Below, piece after piece: positions 49,184 to 58,361 of a stretch of DNA of 64,000 bases. A program made the translations under genes and the position numbers. Position 1 is the stretch's first letter, and each line of letters opens with the position of its first letter. Source of the stretch: a virus; the IMG/VR virus record IMGVR_UViG_3300025154_000076, positions 1-64,000 of that record; one strand, given 5' to 3'. The notes beneath the pieces are model-generated. The model worked only from the letters and a program-made list of their open reading frames with translations. It ran no database searches and was not told the DNA's origin.

Positions 49184-50313
49184 ATCACTCTTTTTAATAT
49201 TGTTAACCCATTATTGTTTGTAAAAATCTTATCAACAACCCAATGTTTATTTTCTTCCATAAATTCATCTATTGCCTTTTTTAACCCAAATCCACCACCA
49301 CCTGAATTATGCCATCCATAGGTTTGTGTGTCATGCATGATAATATATTTTCTTGCCTTGTTACCATGAAGTGTAAGTTCGGCTTTCAACTGCCTGTACA
49401 CATGCCATGTATCAATAAACAAAAGGTCTGTTTCCTCTATTTCAATGTCCAGTGTACTTGCCTGAATAAACTTAAAATCAATAATGGGTTTCACAATATC
49501 ATACACCTGGTTAATATTACTGCCATATTCTTTAGGGTCTGTTTTATCTATTGAAATCATTTTTTTAGGATACCCTGCTAATAATCCCCATGTTGAATTT
49601 ATTTTCCATACTCCTAATTCTGTTATATGGTTACATTCTAAGGCATATTGTCTAAGTGTATAAATATGTTCGTTAATATCTCCTTTTGTATTACAGCGAT
49701 TGACATATTTTTCCTCAATCTCTTTTTTGGGAATAATATATTTGTGGTCAATATTTTTTAAATACCCTCGCTGAATATCTATCTGGTGTTTGTAATTAAT
49801 ATTTTCTTTAACAATATCTGTTTTAGTATCAACCCCTGTATATTTACCTATTAATGAATCAAAACAAAAGAATACCAATTTAGAGCAACCCATGTATCCT
49901 GCCAATTTAATACATGATAATGCAGAAAAATCAGTGGGTTTCAATCCTAATTCAATATTATCAAACACATATCTTGGTTTGTAGGTGTCAAAACATTTTT
50001 CTGATTCATGTTTATGTACCAATAATGTTGCAGGATAAGGGTTCACTGTTCTTAGGTTGCAATTATTACAATCGGGATAAACACAATCAACCTCTATTAA
50101 TTGATTAGCAACAATTGATTTATGATACCCATCCTTTTGCATAGAATAAACATCATTATCCAAATTCAATTCGTTTACCTTATTTATTGCATAGTTAATG
50201 GCTATTACAACCCCTTCTTTAAAATGTTCTTTTTTAAGTTCTCTTATGCTTTCTCCCCTGCCTACTATATAGCAAGTTTGACCCTTGTATTTGTTTTTTA
50301 AATCTTTCATCAA
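49180..50313 (-). CDS. DUF115/Maf-like domain fused to a class I SAM methyltransferase
   Basis: N-terminal KNKYKGQTCYIVGRG.S and IAIN; C-terminal ITELGV and DLLFIDTWH...IIMHDT. Confidence 0.65.
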   Translation of the reverse strand: MMKDLKNKYKGQTCYIVGRGESIRELKKEHFKEGVVIAINYAINKVNELNLDNDVYSMQKDGYHKSIVANQLIEVDCVYPDCNNCNLRTVNPYPATLLVHKHESEKCFDTYKPRYVFDNIELGLKPTDFSALSCIKLAGYMGCSKLVFFCFDSLIGKYTGVDTKTDIVKENINYKHQIDIQRGYLKNIDHKYIIPKKEIEEKYVNRCNTKGDINEHIYTLRQYALECNHITELGVWKINSTWGLLAGYPKKMISIDKTDPKEYGSNINQVYDIVKPIIDFKFIQASTLDIEIEETDLLFIDTWHVYRQLKAELTLHGNKARKYIIMHDTQTYGWHNSGGGGFGLKKAIDEFMEENKHWVVDKIFTNNNGLTILKRVI

Positions 50314-50882
50314 TTATGTACGAATAAACAATGATTTATTTTAAGTTGTTGTTCTTCCGGGAATGTTTTCTTAAATGCTTCTATAAAATATCCATCGGCT
50401 GCATATTTTGTCCCTAATGGAATTTGTTTAGCTAAGTCTATTCTTGTGGCAAATGAACCCATGTCTATTCTGCCAATACAAGGTACACTATCAAAAAAAC
50501 AATACCCTCCATGAGAATGAACCATTTTCCAATAAATTAATCCAGGGTTATTATTGTTCTTTGCATGTGTTATAATCCAGTCCACACATACAGGAACATA
50601 ATAATTGTCATCTCCGGTCATTATCACATAATCAGCATCACTCATTTGTTTTCCGTATTCTCTTGGTGTATGCCCCCAATCATTATATTGCTTTCCCATG
50701 TATGAGAAATAAATACGATAATCATTAAATGATTTTACTATTTGTTCTGCCTTATTTTCATTTACATCATCAATAACCACATGAGCTTTCCAATTAGGAT
50801 TGTTTTGGTTTATCAATGAATATAACATGGTGAATAATGGGTTCACCCTATTGAATGTAGGAATAATAAATTCTATTGTCAT
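50310..50882 (-). CDS. Glycosyltransferase family 2
   Basis: IIPTFNR, VVIDD, GDDN and ADG motifs. Confidence 0.8.
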   Translation of the reverse strand: MTIEFIIPTFNRVNPLFTMLYSLINQNNPNWKAHVVIDDVNENKAEQIVKSFNDYRIYFSYMGKQYNDWGHTPREYGKQMSDADYVIMTGDDNYYVPVCVDWIITHAKNNNNPGLIYWKMVHSHGGYCFFDSVPCIGRIDMGSFATRIDLAKQIPLGTKYAADGYFIEAFKKTFPEEQQLKINHCLFVHN

Positions 50883-51631
50883 TTTTTTGCAATATAATCT
50901 TTAAGCATCTTTTCATAGTTATAATTCCAATGAGGTAATAACCCTATATCTCCAGTAGGGATTTTACCCTGTAACCTAAGATGTTCAATATGTCTTTTAT
51001 GACGTTCCACAACCTGATCCTGTTCTGGTCTACCTTGATCTGATCCTAATCCTGACATGTGATACGATACACCCCAATTATAAAAATAACTAACATCTTT
51101 ATTTTCAGGTGATGCTTTTGCTACCTTACCACCTGCTGCATGTATTTTTGAAATAAATCTTGAATCATATCCTGCATTATAGTGGTCGTGTTTACCCACT
51201 TTCTCCCAAATTTCTTTTGTATAAACTATTCCTGCATTGCCAATAGAATGTATGGCTTTAATTTCTTTACTAACCATAGCGACAGAATTTTGCCAATGCA
51301 AAAGGTCATATCCGGGAAAATATTTATTAATGTTATCGGAATGATTTGGAAGGAAAATATCATCGTCATCTGCGATCGCTATTGTGTTATATTTACAATT
51401 CTCTACTGTAAAATTTTCTTTTTGGCCAATAGTCTTAAATGTTTCTTTCAGATTTATAATGCGAATTTTAGGATGATCGAAATATAATGTCTGTTTTTCA
51501 TAATCATTGACAATAAGCATTTCACTTTCTCCTTCATATTCTTGCCTAAGAAATGATTCTATTGCTTCTTCTAATAAGTTAACTCTACCATAGGTAATAG
51601 TTTTATAAGAAATTGATATTGGATTTTCCAT
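50879..51631 (-). CDS. Glycosyltransferase family 2
   Basis: TYGR..LLEEAIESFL.Q.Y, IVND, DDDD and GYD motifs. Confidence 0.8.
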   Translation of the reverse strand: MENPISISYKTITYGRVNLLEEAIESFLRQEYEGESEMLIVNDYEKQTLYFDHPKIRIINLKETFKTIGQKENFTVENCKYNTIAIADDDDIFLPNHSDNINKYFPGYDLLHWQNSVAMVSKEIKAIHSIGNAGIVYTKEIWEKVGKHDHYNAGYDSRFISKIHAAGGKVAKASPENKDVSYFYNWGVSYHMSGLGSDQGRPEQDQVVERHKRHIEHLRLQGKIPTGDIGLLPHWNYNYEKMLKDYIAKK

Positions 51632-51649
51632 TATTGTGTGTGTCTAAAA

Positions 51650-51694
51650 AAATAAAATAAAAGAATAAGGGGTTCTGTGTGAAACCCCTTATCC
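51650..51694 (-). terminator. Terminator after the poly-Thr protein gene
   Basis: ataaggggtt...aaccccttat hairpin plus T-rich tail on the minus strand. Confidence 0.65.
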
Positions 51695-51704
51695 GAGTTG
51701 TTTA

Positions 51705-52235
51705 CTAAGCACCTGCCGTTGTTGTTGTGGTGGTGGTTGAAGTTGTTGTTGTTGTAGTGGTGGTTGTAGATGTAGTAGTTACATCACCAGACAATACCGT
51801 TAACTCTAACAACGAATGATTAACCTTATACCTTCTTTTCACTGACTTAATACCAGGTCTTTCGTCATATTCAACATATGATTTCAGTGCATTGTCAGGG
51901 TCAGCCCAGGCAATGATAAAATTATCCTGTTGAACAACCAATGTTTTCACATAAGCTTTACCCTTTCTTTCCAAAAGGTTCATTGACATAACCTCTCCTT
52001 TGTCGGTATTTGACATATATCCGCTTGCCCCTGCTACCGCAGCATAGGTATCATCGAGCAGATAACTATCTACATGGTTTAAATCCCTATACCAGATAAG
52101 GCAGTCGGCCCCTGATGCTTGGGTTTCACATGAGATGATCCTTCCTGAATTTAAAACCCTTGTTTCCGAACCATCGCCAAAGGTCTTTCCATTCTTTTCT
52201 TTAACTGTTGCTTGAAATAAATTTTGTGCAGCCAT
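51705..52235 (-). CDS. Putative virion (decoration) protein with C-terminal poly-Thr tail
   Basis: Ends VTTTSTTTTTTTTSTTTTTTTAGA; has its own promoter and terminator. Confidence 0.65.
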   Translation of the reverse strand: MAAQNLFQATVKEKNGKTFGDGSETRVLNSGRIISCETQASGADCLIWYRDLNHVDSYLLDDTYAAVAGASGYMSNTDKGEVMSMNLLERKGKAYVKTLVVQQDNFIIAWADPDNALKSYVEYDERPGIKSVKRRYKVNHSLLELTVLSGDVTTTSTTTTTTTTTSTTTTTTTAGA

Positions 52236-52262
52236 CTTTAATTACTTTAAATTAATACTATT

Positions 52263-52270
52263 CAAATATA
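52263..52270 (-). promoter_or_regulatory. Bacteroidota -7 element TATATTTG heading the late leftward operon
   Basis: TAnnTTTG about 28 bp upstream of the ATG. Confidence 0.55.
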
Positions 52271-52572
52271 ACATTAATTTTTCAATGTTTGAAACCCCTT
52301 ATTTTCCCATTCTTTTTTGTATATTGCACCTGAATTTCTCGACTAATTTTTTTATGTTAAATCCCTGCCATAAACTTTTGGTGGGGATTTTTTTTGTTAT
52401 TTGTTTTTTTTGACTTATTTTTGAAGCAAATAATTATTTGAGCAATGCATAAATCACAAAACATAAATCACACATTAAAGACACGTTCTTTGTCATTTGC
52501 TCAAATAATTAAAGAACTACAACCCCTTGAACATACAACTAATGTTCAGGGGTTTTTTGTTTTCACAAATAG

Positions 52573-53385
52573 TTGTCTATGAAAGAGATACCAAACATAG
52601 CAACATTAAGAATAGATGTTAAAGAATTTAACAGGCATGATAGCACCAAAAGAAATGCTATAATCTACTACTACTACCTAATGTCCTTATATCGGAAATC
52701 AATAATCTACAACTGGTCATACAAAAGGCTTTCCGAAATAACAGGTTTACACCGGACAACCATAAGCGGATACATAAAATTTTTAAAACGATATAATTTT
52801 ATAGAACAACAAGGCAATCATCTTGTGCTTAAAATAAGGCGAGATGAATATGCTAAAACTAAAGTAAAGAAAGGATTATCATGGAAGGAATTTAAAGAAC
52901 TATTTAGTATTAAGCTGTTAAAGATTAATATACAACAGCAAGAGTTTATTATTAGAATGAAAAGAATTTATCAAAAGAAAAATTCATTTGTAAGTCGAAA
53001 AGAATACAAAGCATTCTTGAAATTTTACAAAAAAAATAAAAAGAAAATTAAATTAGAAGATAAATCGAATTCTGTAATAACTCATTCAACACGATCATTA
53101 GCAAAATTGTTTAAACTCTCCGCTTCAACAGTAGGTGTATTATTAAAACAATGGAAAAAAGCAAAAAAAATAGATTATAAAGAAGAATTATCATTAATTA
53201 AAGAAAATTGTTCTTATGATGAATATAGATTAATGTTAAGTTCATTTAATAAGAATCAACTTTCTTTCTTTCCTGTATATAATGATTATTCTATATTCTT
53301 ACATAAGGGTATATCTATTTCCTTGCTTAACACATATGGAGAGAATATAAGTATGTACAAAAAACCGACACGACATGTAAAATGA
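52573..53385 (+). CDS. Basic HTH DNA-binding protein (possible replication protein)
   Basis: Two HTH-like segments, SYKRLSEITGLHRTTISGYI and STRSLAKLFKLSASTVG. Confidence 0.55.
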   Translation: MSMKEIPNIATLRIDVKEFNRHDSTKRNAIIYYYYLMSLYRKSIIYNWSYKRLSEITGLHRTTISGYIKFLKRYNFIEQQGNHLVLKIRRDEYAKTKVKKGLSWKEFKELFSIKLLKINIQQQEFIIRMKRIYQKKNSFVSRKEYKAFLKFYKKNKKKIKLEDKSNSVITHSTRSLAKLFKLSASTVGVLLKQWKKAKKIDYKEELSLIKENCSYDEYRLMLSSFNKNQLSFFPVYNDYSIFLHKGISISLLNTYGENISMYKKPTRHVK

Positions 53386-53927
53386 ACAATCAGGATAATT
53401 TTTTAAGAATTTTCACTGACGGATCTTGTTTAACAAATCCGGGCAGAGGAGGATGGGCATTTGTTGTTCTGACAAAAGACTATGATCTCCTGGATAATGG
53501 GTCAGGAAATGTTTATTACACTACCAATAACCGTATGGAATTAACAGCAGTGATTAAGGGTATTCAATTTTGTATCCACAATTATCCTGAATACAAAAGA
53601 TATATTATTTATTCCGACAGCACCTACGTTGTGGATGGCATTGAGGGGTGGATGAAAGGATGGGCTGAGAAAAAATGGAATGGTGTTAAAAACACAGATT
53701 TGTGGAAACAGGTACACAGGCTCAAATTTGTGGATAACCTAAACATCAGGGCAAAACATGTAAGAGGGCATAGTGGTAATATACACAATGAGATGGCTGA
53801 TGAATTAGCCGGAATAGCAGCAAGAAGGGAAATGCCTAATCTTCCAAGACTAACCCCTTTAGAGGAGAGAATGGCAATGGATGAAAGTAGGAATTTGGAT
53901 ATGGAATTCATGAGAAGATTGTTATGA
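53382..53927 (+). CDS. rnhA: Ribonuclease HI
   Basis: FTDGSC..NPG.GGWA, TTNNRMEL.A, SDS.Y, N.DLW and HVRGHSG...NE.AD motifs. Confidence 0.95.
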   Translation: MNNQDNFLRIFTDGSCLTNPGRGGWAFVVLTKDYDLLDNGSGNVYYTTNNRMELTAVIKGIQFCIHNYPEYKRYIIYSDSTYVVDGIEGWMKGWAEKKWNGVKNTDLWKQVHRLKFVDNLNIRAKHVRGHSGNIHNEMADELAGIAARREMPNLPRLTPLEERMAMDESRNLDMEFMRRLL

Positions 53928-53956
53928 TTTAACCCTTTCTTTTCGTATTTTTAAAG

Positions 53957-54208
53957 ATGAATAACCTTAATCTTTTTACTATGTTTATCACTAATAATTG
54001 GATTGAAGAACACTATCCACTAATCGAGGAATCCCTCCTTACAGCACTCAAACAAAACCCTGACATTCCCACAGACAAGATTTCTTTTCGCAAAAACGTA
54101 AAGACAGCTCGATTTGTCTATAATGAGGGGGTTGAACATGAGGATGAAAAGACCCTTTTAATTTTTAGTCTTGACAAATATCCTGTAAGGCTTGTGGATT
54201 CTAATTGA
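53957..54208 (+). CDS. Hypothetical protein
   Basis: ORF track. Confidence 0.5.
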   Translation: MNNLNLFTMFITNNWIEEHYPLIEESLLTALKQNPDIPTDKISFRKNVKTARFVYNEGVEHEDEKTLLIFSLDKYPVRLVDSN

Positions 54209-54401
54209 CACAGCTATAAAGCGGAATGTTGAAAATGTAGTTTTTCATAGCATTGGTTAATAACAATGTGATTTTTGTTAATAAATAGATTTTCACCTCA
54301 ACATTCCGTTTTTTTTTTTAACTTTTTTGATAAAACATTTGGAAATTAATAATTTTTACCATTACTTAGCATCTTTAAATATTAATTAATCAATTTAAAC
54401 T

Positions 54402-54587
54402 ATGGCAAAAAAGAAAGATAAGTTAGCAGAGGGCAGGTCAACATCATTTGATCCAGACCTGTTAATAAAGATTGAGCAACAGGCTAAAGAAGAAGGAAGG
54501 ACATTTAGTGGGATGGTAAACTTTATGGCATTAAAATATTTGAAAGATATATTTTCGGAAAAACAAAATCAAAATAAAGGGATGTAA
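54402..54587 (+). CDS. Ribbon-helix-helix (Arc/CopG-like) regulator
   Basis: [27 protein letters not shown] pattern. Confidence 0.7.
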   Translation: MAKKKDKLAEGRSTSFDPDLLIKIEQQAKEEGRTFSGMVNFMALKYLKDIFSEKQNQNKGM

Positions 54588-54613
54588 AAATTAAGGATAA
54601 AACGAAAAATAAA

Positions 54614-55042
54614 ATGGAAACAGGAATTGAACAACTTTTAGGCAAGACATTAACTGCCGTAGTAAAAAACAAAGACAATGATGAAATCATTTTCACTGTT
54701 GATGATGGAACTGAATACAAAATGTATCATAGCCAAGATTGTTGCGAAAGTGTATTAATAGATGATATCAATGGTGACTTAAATGATTTAGTGGGTAGCC
54801 CTATTTTGGTTGCAGAAGAAAATAGTTCAAGTGAACATACGCCTGAACAATTAGCTGAAAAGGAAAAAGAAAAGCAAGAGAAAGGCGATGACTATGATAA
54901 TTATGAAGAAAGTTTCACTTGGACATTCTACAAATTAGCAACCATAAAAGGATACGTTGACATTCGTTGGTACGGTTCATCAAACGGCTATTATTCGGAG
55001 GGTGTAGATTTCATAAAAATTGGTTCGGAGAACGATTGGTAG
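54614..55042 (+). CDS. Conserved phage protein (YHxQDCCESV family)
   Basis: [34 protein letters not shown] motifs. Confidence 0.75.
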   Translation: METGIEQLLGKTLTAVVKNKDNDEIIFTVDDGTEYKMYHSQDCCESVLIDDINGDLNDLVGSPILVAEENSSSEHTPEQLAEKEKEKQEKGDDYDNYEESFTWTFYKLATIKGYVDIRWYGSSNGYYSEGVDFIKIGSENDW

Positions 55043-55052
55043 CTATTGACTG

Positions 55053-55089
55053 TAACTATGTTATAATGTCAGGTCAAAAAATTGCACCA
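55053..55089 (-). mobile_element. Putative attI-like site (copy 2)
   Basis: 31/37 identical to 1972-2008; lies 10 bp after the stop of 54614-55042. Confidence 0.5.
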
Positions 55090-55145
55090 AAAATTAATTC
55101 AAAATAAAGGGTTATAACCCATTATTCACATTAAAAACACATACC

Positions 55146-55352
55146 ATGAAAAACAAAATGAAAACAAAACAAGAACTTGGAAAAATATCATATTTTCTAA
55201 GAGGTGTAAGAAAACAAAGTGGTGGCCAGTCAGGAACAAGAAAATCCATAAGAAGGGTTTCCGGTATTCAGAGTTCACTTCCTTCATCCACTAAAATTGG
55301 TGGAGGTGATGCATACAGAATAAGAAATATCAGAATGACACAAAATAAATAA
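55146..55352 (+). CDS. Small basic hypothetical protein
   Basis: ORF track. Confidence 0.45.
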   Translation: MKNKMKTKQELGKISYFLRGVRKQSGGQSGTRKSIRRVSGIQSSLPSSTKIGGGDAYRIRNIRMTQNK

Positions 55353-55354
55353 CA

Positions 55355-55449
55355 ACAAGTGTGGGCATGACTACAAATAAACAAAAGCTGGTTGGTTCCA
55401 AATTTCGGAGCAATTCGGAGGTCTTGGTTCGATTCTCGCCCACACTTGT
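55355..55449 (+). ncRNA. Structured, tRNA-like element
   Basis: 12-bp closing stem acaagtgtgggc/gcccacacttgt, an internal hairpin, and GGTTCGATTC near the 3' end. Confidence 0.3.
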
Positions 55450-55492
55450 ATCTTCTCAAAATAAAGGGTTCGATTTATTAACAATTAAATAT

Positions 55493-56023
55493 ATGAAAAC
55501 TATGAAACTATTAGCAGACATCCTTGATGAACTAACACCTAATGAATTTTTTATCCTTGTCTTTGTGGCAAGAGAAGCAACAAATGGTATAACCTATTTT
55601 TCAATGAGTGAAGCACAGAAAGTTTCAAAAATTGATGATGTAGAAGAAATAAAAAGATGTATTGATAGGCTTATTGAACTTGAGTTTGTTGAATTCAGAG
55701 ATGTGGAGGGTCAATACATTAAAATTAAAGTGATCAATAAAAAAATTAAACCTTCCAATTTAAGGCATAAACCCTTTATTCCCCCAACGTTTGAGGAGAT
55801 AAAAGCATACCTTGAAATGGTTAAGGTGAGAAATGGGTATGATATTCCACCGGAAAGGGTTTATGAATACTATGGTGATAGTAATTGGATAGACAGCCAG
55901 GGTAATCCTGTAAAAAATTGGAAAGCCAAAATATTGAACAATTGGCTTAAGCCACAGTATAAGGTTAATACCAAAAATAATAATGCTAAAGATAACACCT
56001 ACAAACAGTGGGGCAAAGCCTAA
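55493..56023 (+). CDS. Phage replication initiator/replisome organizer-like protein
   Basis: N-terminal wHTH and C-terminal FIPPTFEEI..Y...YEYY...NW......VKNWKA; upstream of DnaB. The start is likely MKTMK rather than the GTG at 55361. Confidence 0.65.
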   Translation: MKTMKLLADILDELTPNEFFILVFVAREATNGITYFSMSEAQKVSKIDDVEEIKRCIDRLIELEFVEFRDVEGQYIKIKVINKKIKPSNLRHKPFIPPTFEEIKAYLEMVKVRNGYDIPPERVYEYYGDSNWIDSQGNPVKNWKAKILNNWLKPQYKVNTKNNNAKDNTYKQWGKA

Positions 56024-56174
56024 ATAAAGGGTTCAAACTAAAATTTTACAACCATGTTTAAATTAGCTAAAATACTTAATTACATATCCGAAAACAGGGA
56101 TTGTGTTTACATTTTAATATTTGCCTTATTGGCTGTAATAGCTATTATTGCTGTTGTTTTTTATTCTATAAGTT

Positions 56175-56504
56175 ATGGTACAAACCCCTTATAAATGGAA
56201 TAAATACATAGCCAATAAGGGCAAATGTGATTTCTGTGGGGTAAAGAGGGATTATTATAACTGCCGGATAACAACAGATGGGTTTCTTGCTTGTCGCACC
56301 TGTTATAATAATAAAGGGTCAAAAACAGTGGAGGAGTTCAGGGAATATATAAGGGGTTGCATCCGCAAACTTAAAAACAGGAGGATGCCACCGGAATACA
56401 GGATAGCCTCACGCTATGGAGCTGCAACACATAACCATTATTTTCTATTCTCTTTTGAAAGAAAACTAAAAAAAGCAAAAGAAAAACTCAGGAACAAAAA
56501 ATGA
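56175..56504 (+). CDS. HNH-like Zn-finger protein
   Basis: CDFCG ... LACRTC.N.KG.KTVEEFR pattern. Confidence 0.55.
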   Translation: MVQTPYKWNKYIANKGKCDFCGVKRDYYNCRITTDGFLACRTCYNNKGSKTVEEFREYIRGCIRKLKNRRMPPEYRIASRYGAATHNHYFLFSFERKLKKAKEKLRNKK

Positions 56505-57967
56505 AACAGGATTTACTCTCTATATTGGATTATGACAAGATACCTCCACAGGATATTGCAATGGAAGAAGCAGTGATTGGTGGGATATTAATAGAATCAT
56601 TAGCATTTGATTTAGTGGTAGATATTTTAACCCCTGATTCATTTTATAAAGAAACCCATAAATTCATATATCAGACTATATTCAACCTCAACAAAAAAAA
56701 CAAAGAGATTGATATTCTAACGGTAAAAGATGAACTTCAAAATAATGGGTTATTAGAAAAGATTGGTGGGGCATACTACCTAACTACCTTAACACAAAGA
56801 ACATCATCTATTGCCTCCATACAGGAATGGGCATTAAGGATAAAAGAAAAATACATACGAAGATTATTAATACAAAAATCAACAGAAACAAGAGATTCAG
56901 CCTATGACGAAAGCAAGGACTTAGAACACACACTTGACATGCTTAATATTACGATTGATACTGTTAATAAAGAAACAACAATCGGAACAGGATTAACCCA
57001 TATATCCAGCATAGCTGTTAAAGCAAGCGAAGATTTAAACCATAAGATTGAAAAAGCCAATAGAGGAGAGGTTCTTGGTGTACCTACCGGACTTACAAAG
57101 CTTGATAGTATGACATTAGGGTGGTTGCCAGGGCTTCTTATTATCATTGCAGCCAGGCCTTCATTGGGTAAAACAGCCTTTATGATTAAATTCGCTAAGA
57201 TAGCAGCTAAAAATGGGTATAAAGTGTTAATCTTCTCTATTGAGATGAATGAAATAAGTTTGGTTCATAGGCTGATTCTTTCTGAAACCACTGTTGACCA
57301 TGAAAAATACAGATCAGGAAAAGGCATAACTGAAGATGAAATGATGCAAATAAAGGGTTCATCAAAAATCATTGCGGATCTGCCTATTTACATTGATGAT
57401 AATCCCTATGCCACAGTATCATATATGCGAAGCCATGCAAGAATAAGAAAGAAAGCAGGGGAATGTGATATGATCATGGTTGACTATTTACAAATTGTAA
57501 CCCCACAAAAAGAAAAAGGCAGATCAAGGGATGAAGAAGTGGGAACCATTACCTCAGGGTTAAAAGCCATTGCCAAAGAACTTAAAGTTCCGGTTATTGC
57601 CCTTGCTCAATTAGGAAGAAAAGTGGAGGACATGAAAGACAATAGACCCAAGCTTTCCACATTAAGAGAATCAGGAAACATAGAGGCTGATGCTGATATG
57701 GTATTGGGAATACACCGACCAAATTATTATGGTGATTTATTTATTGATGAATATGTAGGAGGTAGATCAATAAGTGTATCTGCAATAAATAGGGGACATC
57801 TTATTGTACTTAAACATAGGGATGGGCCTGTGGGATATATCCCATTTTATTATTCCGATAATTTAGCAGTGATAGAAGATGCGGATTATAAAGAAAGGGT
57901 TGCAGTAGATTATGACCCTGATACATATATTAAACCAGTGGGAGATGATGAAGATCTTCCTTTTTAA
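56501..57967 (+). CDS. dnaB: Replicative DNA helicase
   Basis: PPQ...E.AV.G, AARPSLGKT, VDYLQ, LAQL.R and LRESG.IE.DAD motifs. Confidence 0.95.
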   Translation: MKQDLLSILDYDKIPPQDIAMEEAVIGGILIESLAFDLVVDILTPDSFYKETHKFIYQTIFNLNKKNKEIDILTVKDELQNNGLLEKIGGAYYLTTLTQRTSSIASIQEWALRIKEKYIRRLLIQKSTETRDSAYDESKDLEHTLDMLNITIDTVNKETTIGTGLTHISSIAVKASEDLNHKIEKANRGEVLGVPTGLTKLDSMTLGWLPGLLIIIAARPSLGKTAFMIKFAKIAAKNGYKVLIFSIEMNEISLVHRLILSETTVDHEKYRSGKGITEDEMMQIKGSSKIIADLPIYIDDNPYATVSYMRSHARIRKKAGECDMIMVDYLQIVTPQKEKGRSRDEEVGTITSGLKAIAKELKVPVIALAQLGRKVEDMKDNRPKLSTLRESGNIEADADMVLGIHRPNYYGDLFIDEYVGGRSISVSAINRGHLIVLKHRDGPVGYIPFYYSDNLAVIEDADYKERVAVDYDPDTYIKPVGDDEDLPF

Positions 57968-57982
57968 ACCCATTATTCAAAC

Positions 57983-58357
57983 ATGATAAATTTTTTACTA
58001 CATAAAGAAAACGCTAAATTCCTAAAGTTCCTGTATGATTGTCCAAAGGATAAATGGTTAACAATAAATAAGGGGTCATACAAACAATGGGATGAAATAA
58101 TTGTTAAGATAATGAATAATGGGTTCTTTAGATTTGAGTGGATTTTTAATTTATCCCCGGAGCAGATGGTGATGATTGCAAAATTCTTCGAGATACCCCT
58201 TCCTGAATGGCATAAGGCAATACATAATGGGAAAATACATAAAGACAAGATGTTTGATGATGACAAAAAAAGACACCTGTATTTAACTATCAAAAAATTC
58301 ATCTTTAAATTTTCTAAGGATAATACACAATTTATAAAAGAATCAGTTAAATTTTAA
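57983..58357 (+). CDS. Hypothetical protein
   Basis: ORF track. Confidence 0.55.
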   Translation: MINFLLHKENAKFLKFLYDCPKDKWLTINKGSYKQWDEIIVKIMNNGFFRFEWIFNLSPEQMVMIAKFFEIPLPEWHKAIHNGKIHKDKMFDDDKKRHLYLTIKKFIFKFSKDNTQFIKESVKF

Positions 58358-58361
58358 AAAC

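Noticed and set aside
15009-51487. Numerous plus-strand ORFs antisense to late genes
   Set aside because: They are shadow ORFs with Ser/Phe/Ile-rich composition opposite well-supported minus-strand genes.
57940-57967. SSB-like DEDLPF tail on DnaB
   Set aside because: Acidic D..PF tails are common on Bacteroidota and phage replication proteins, so this is not distinctive.
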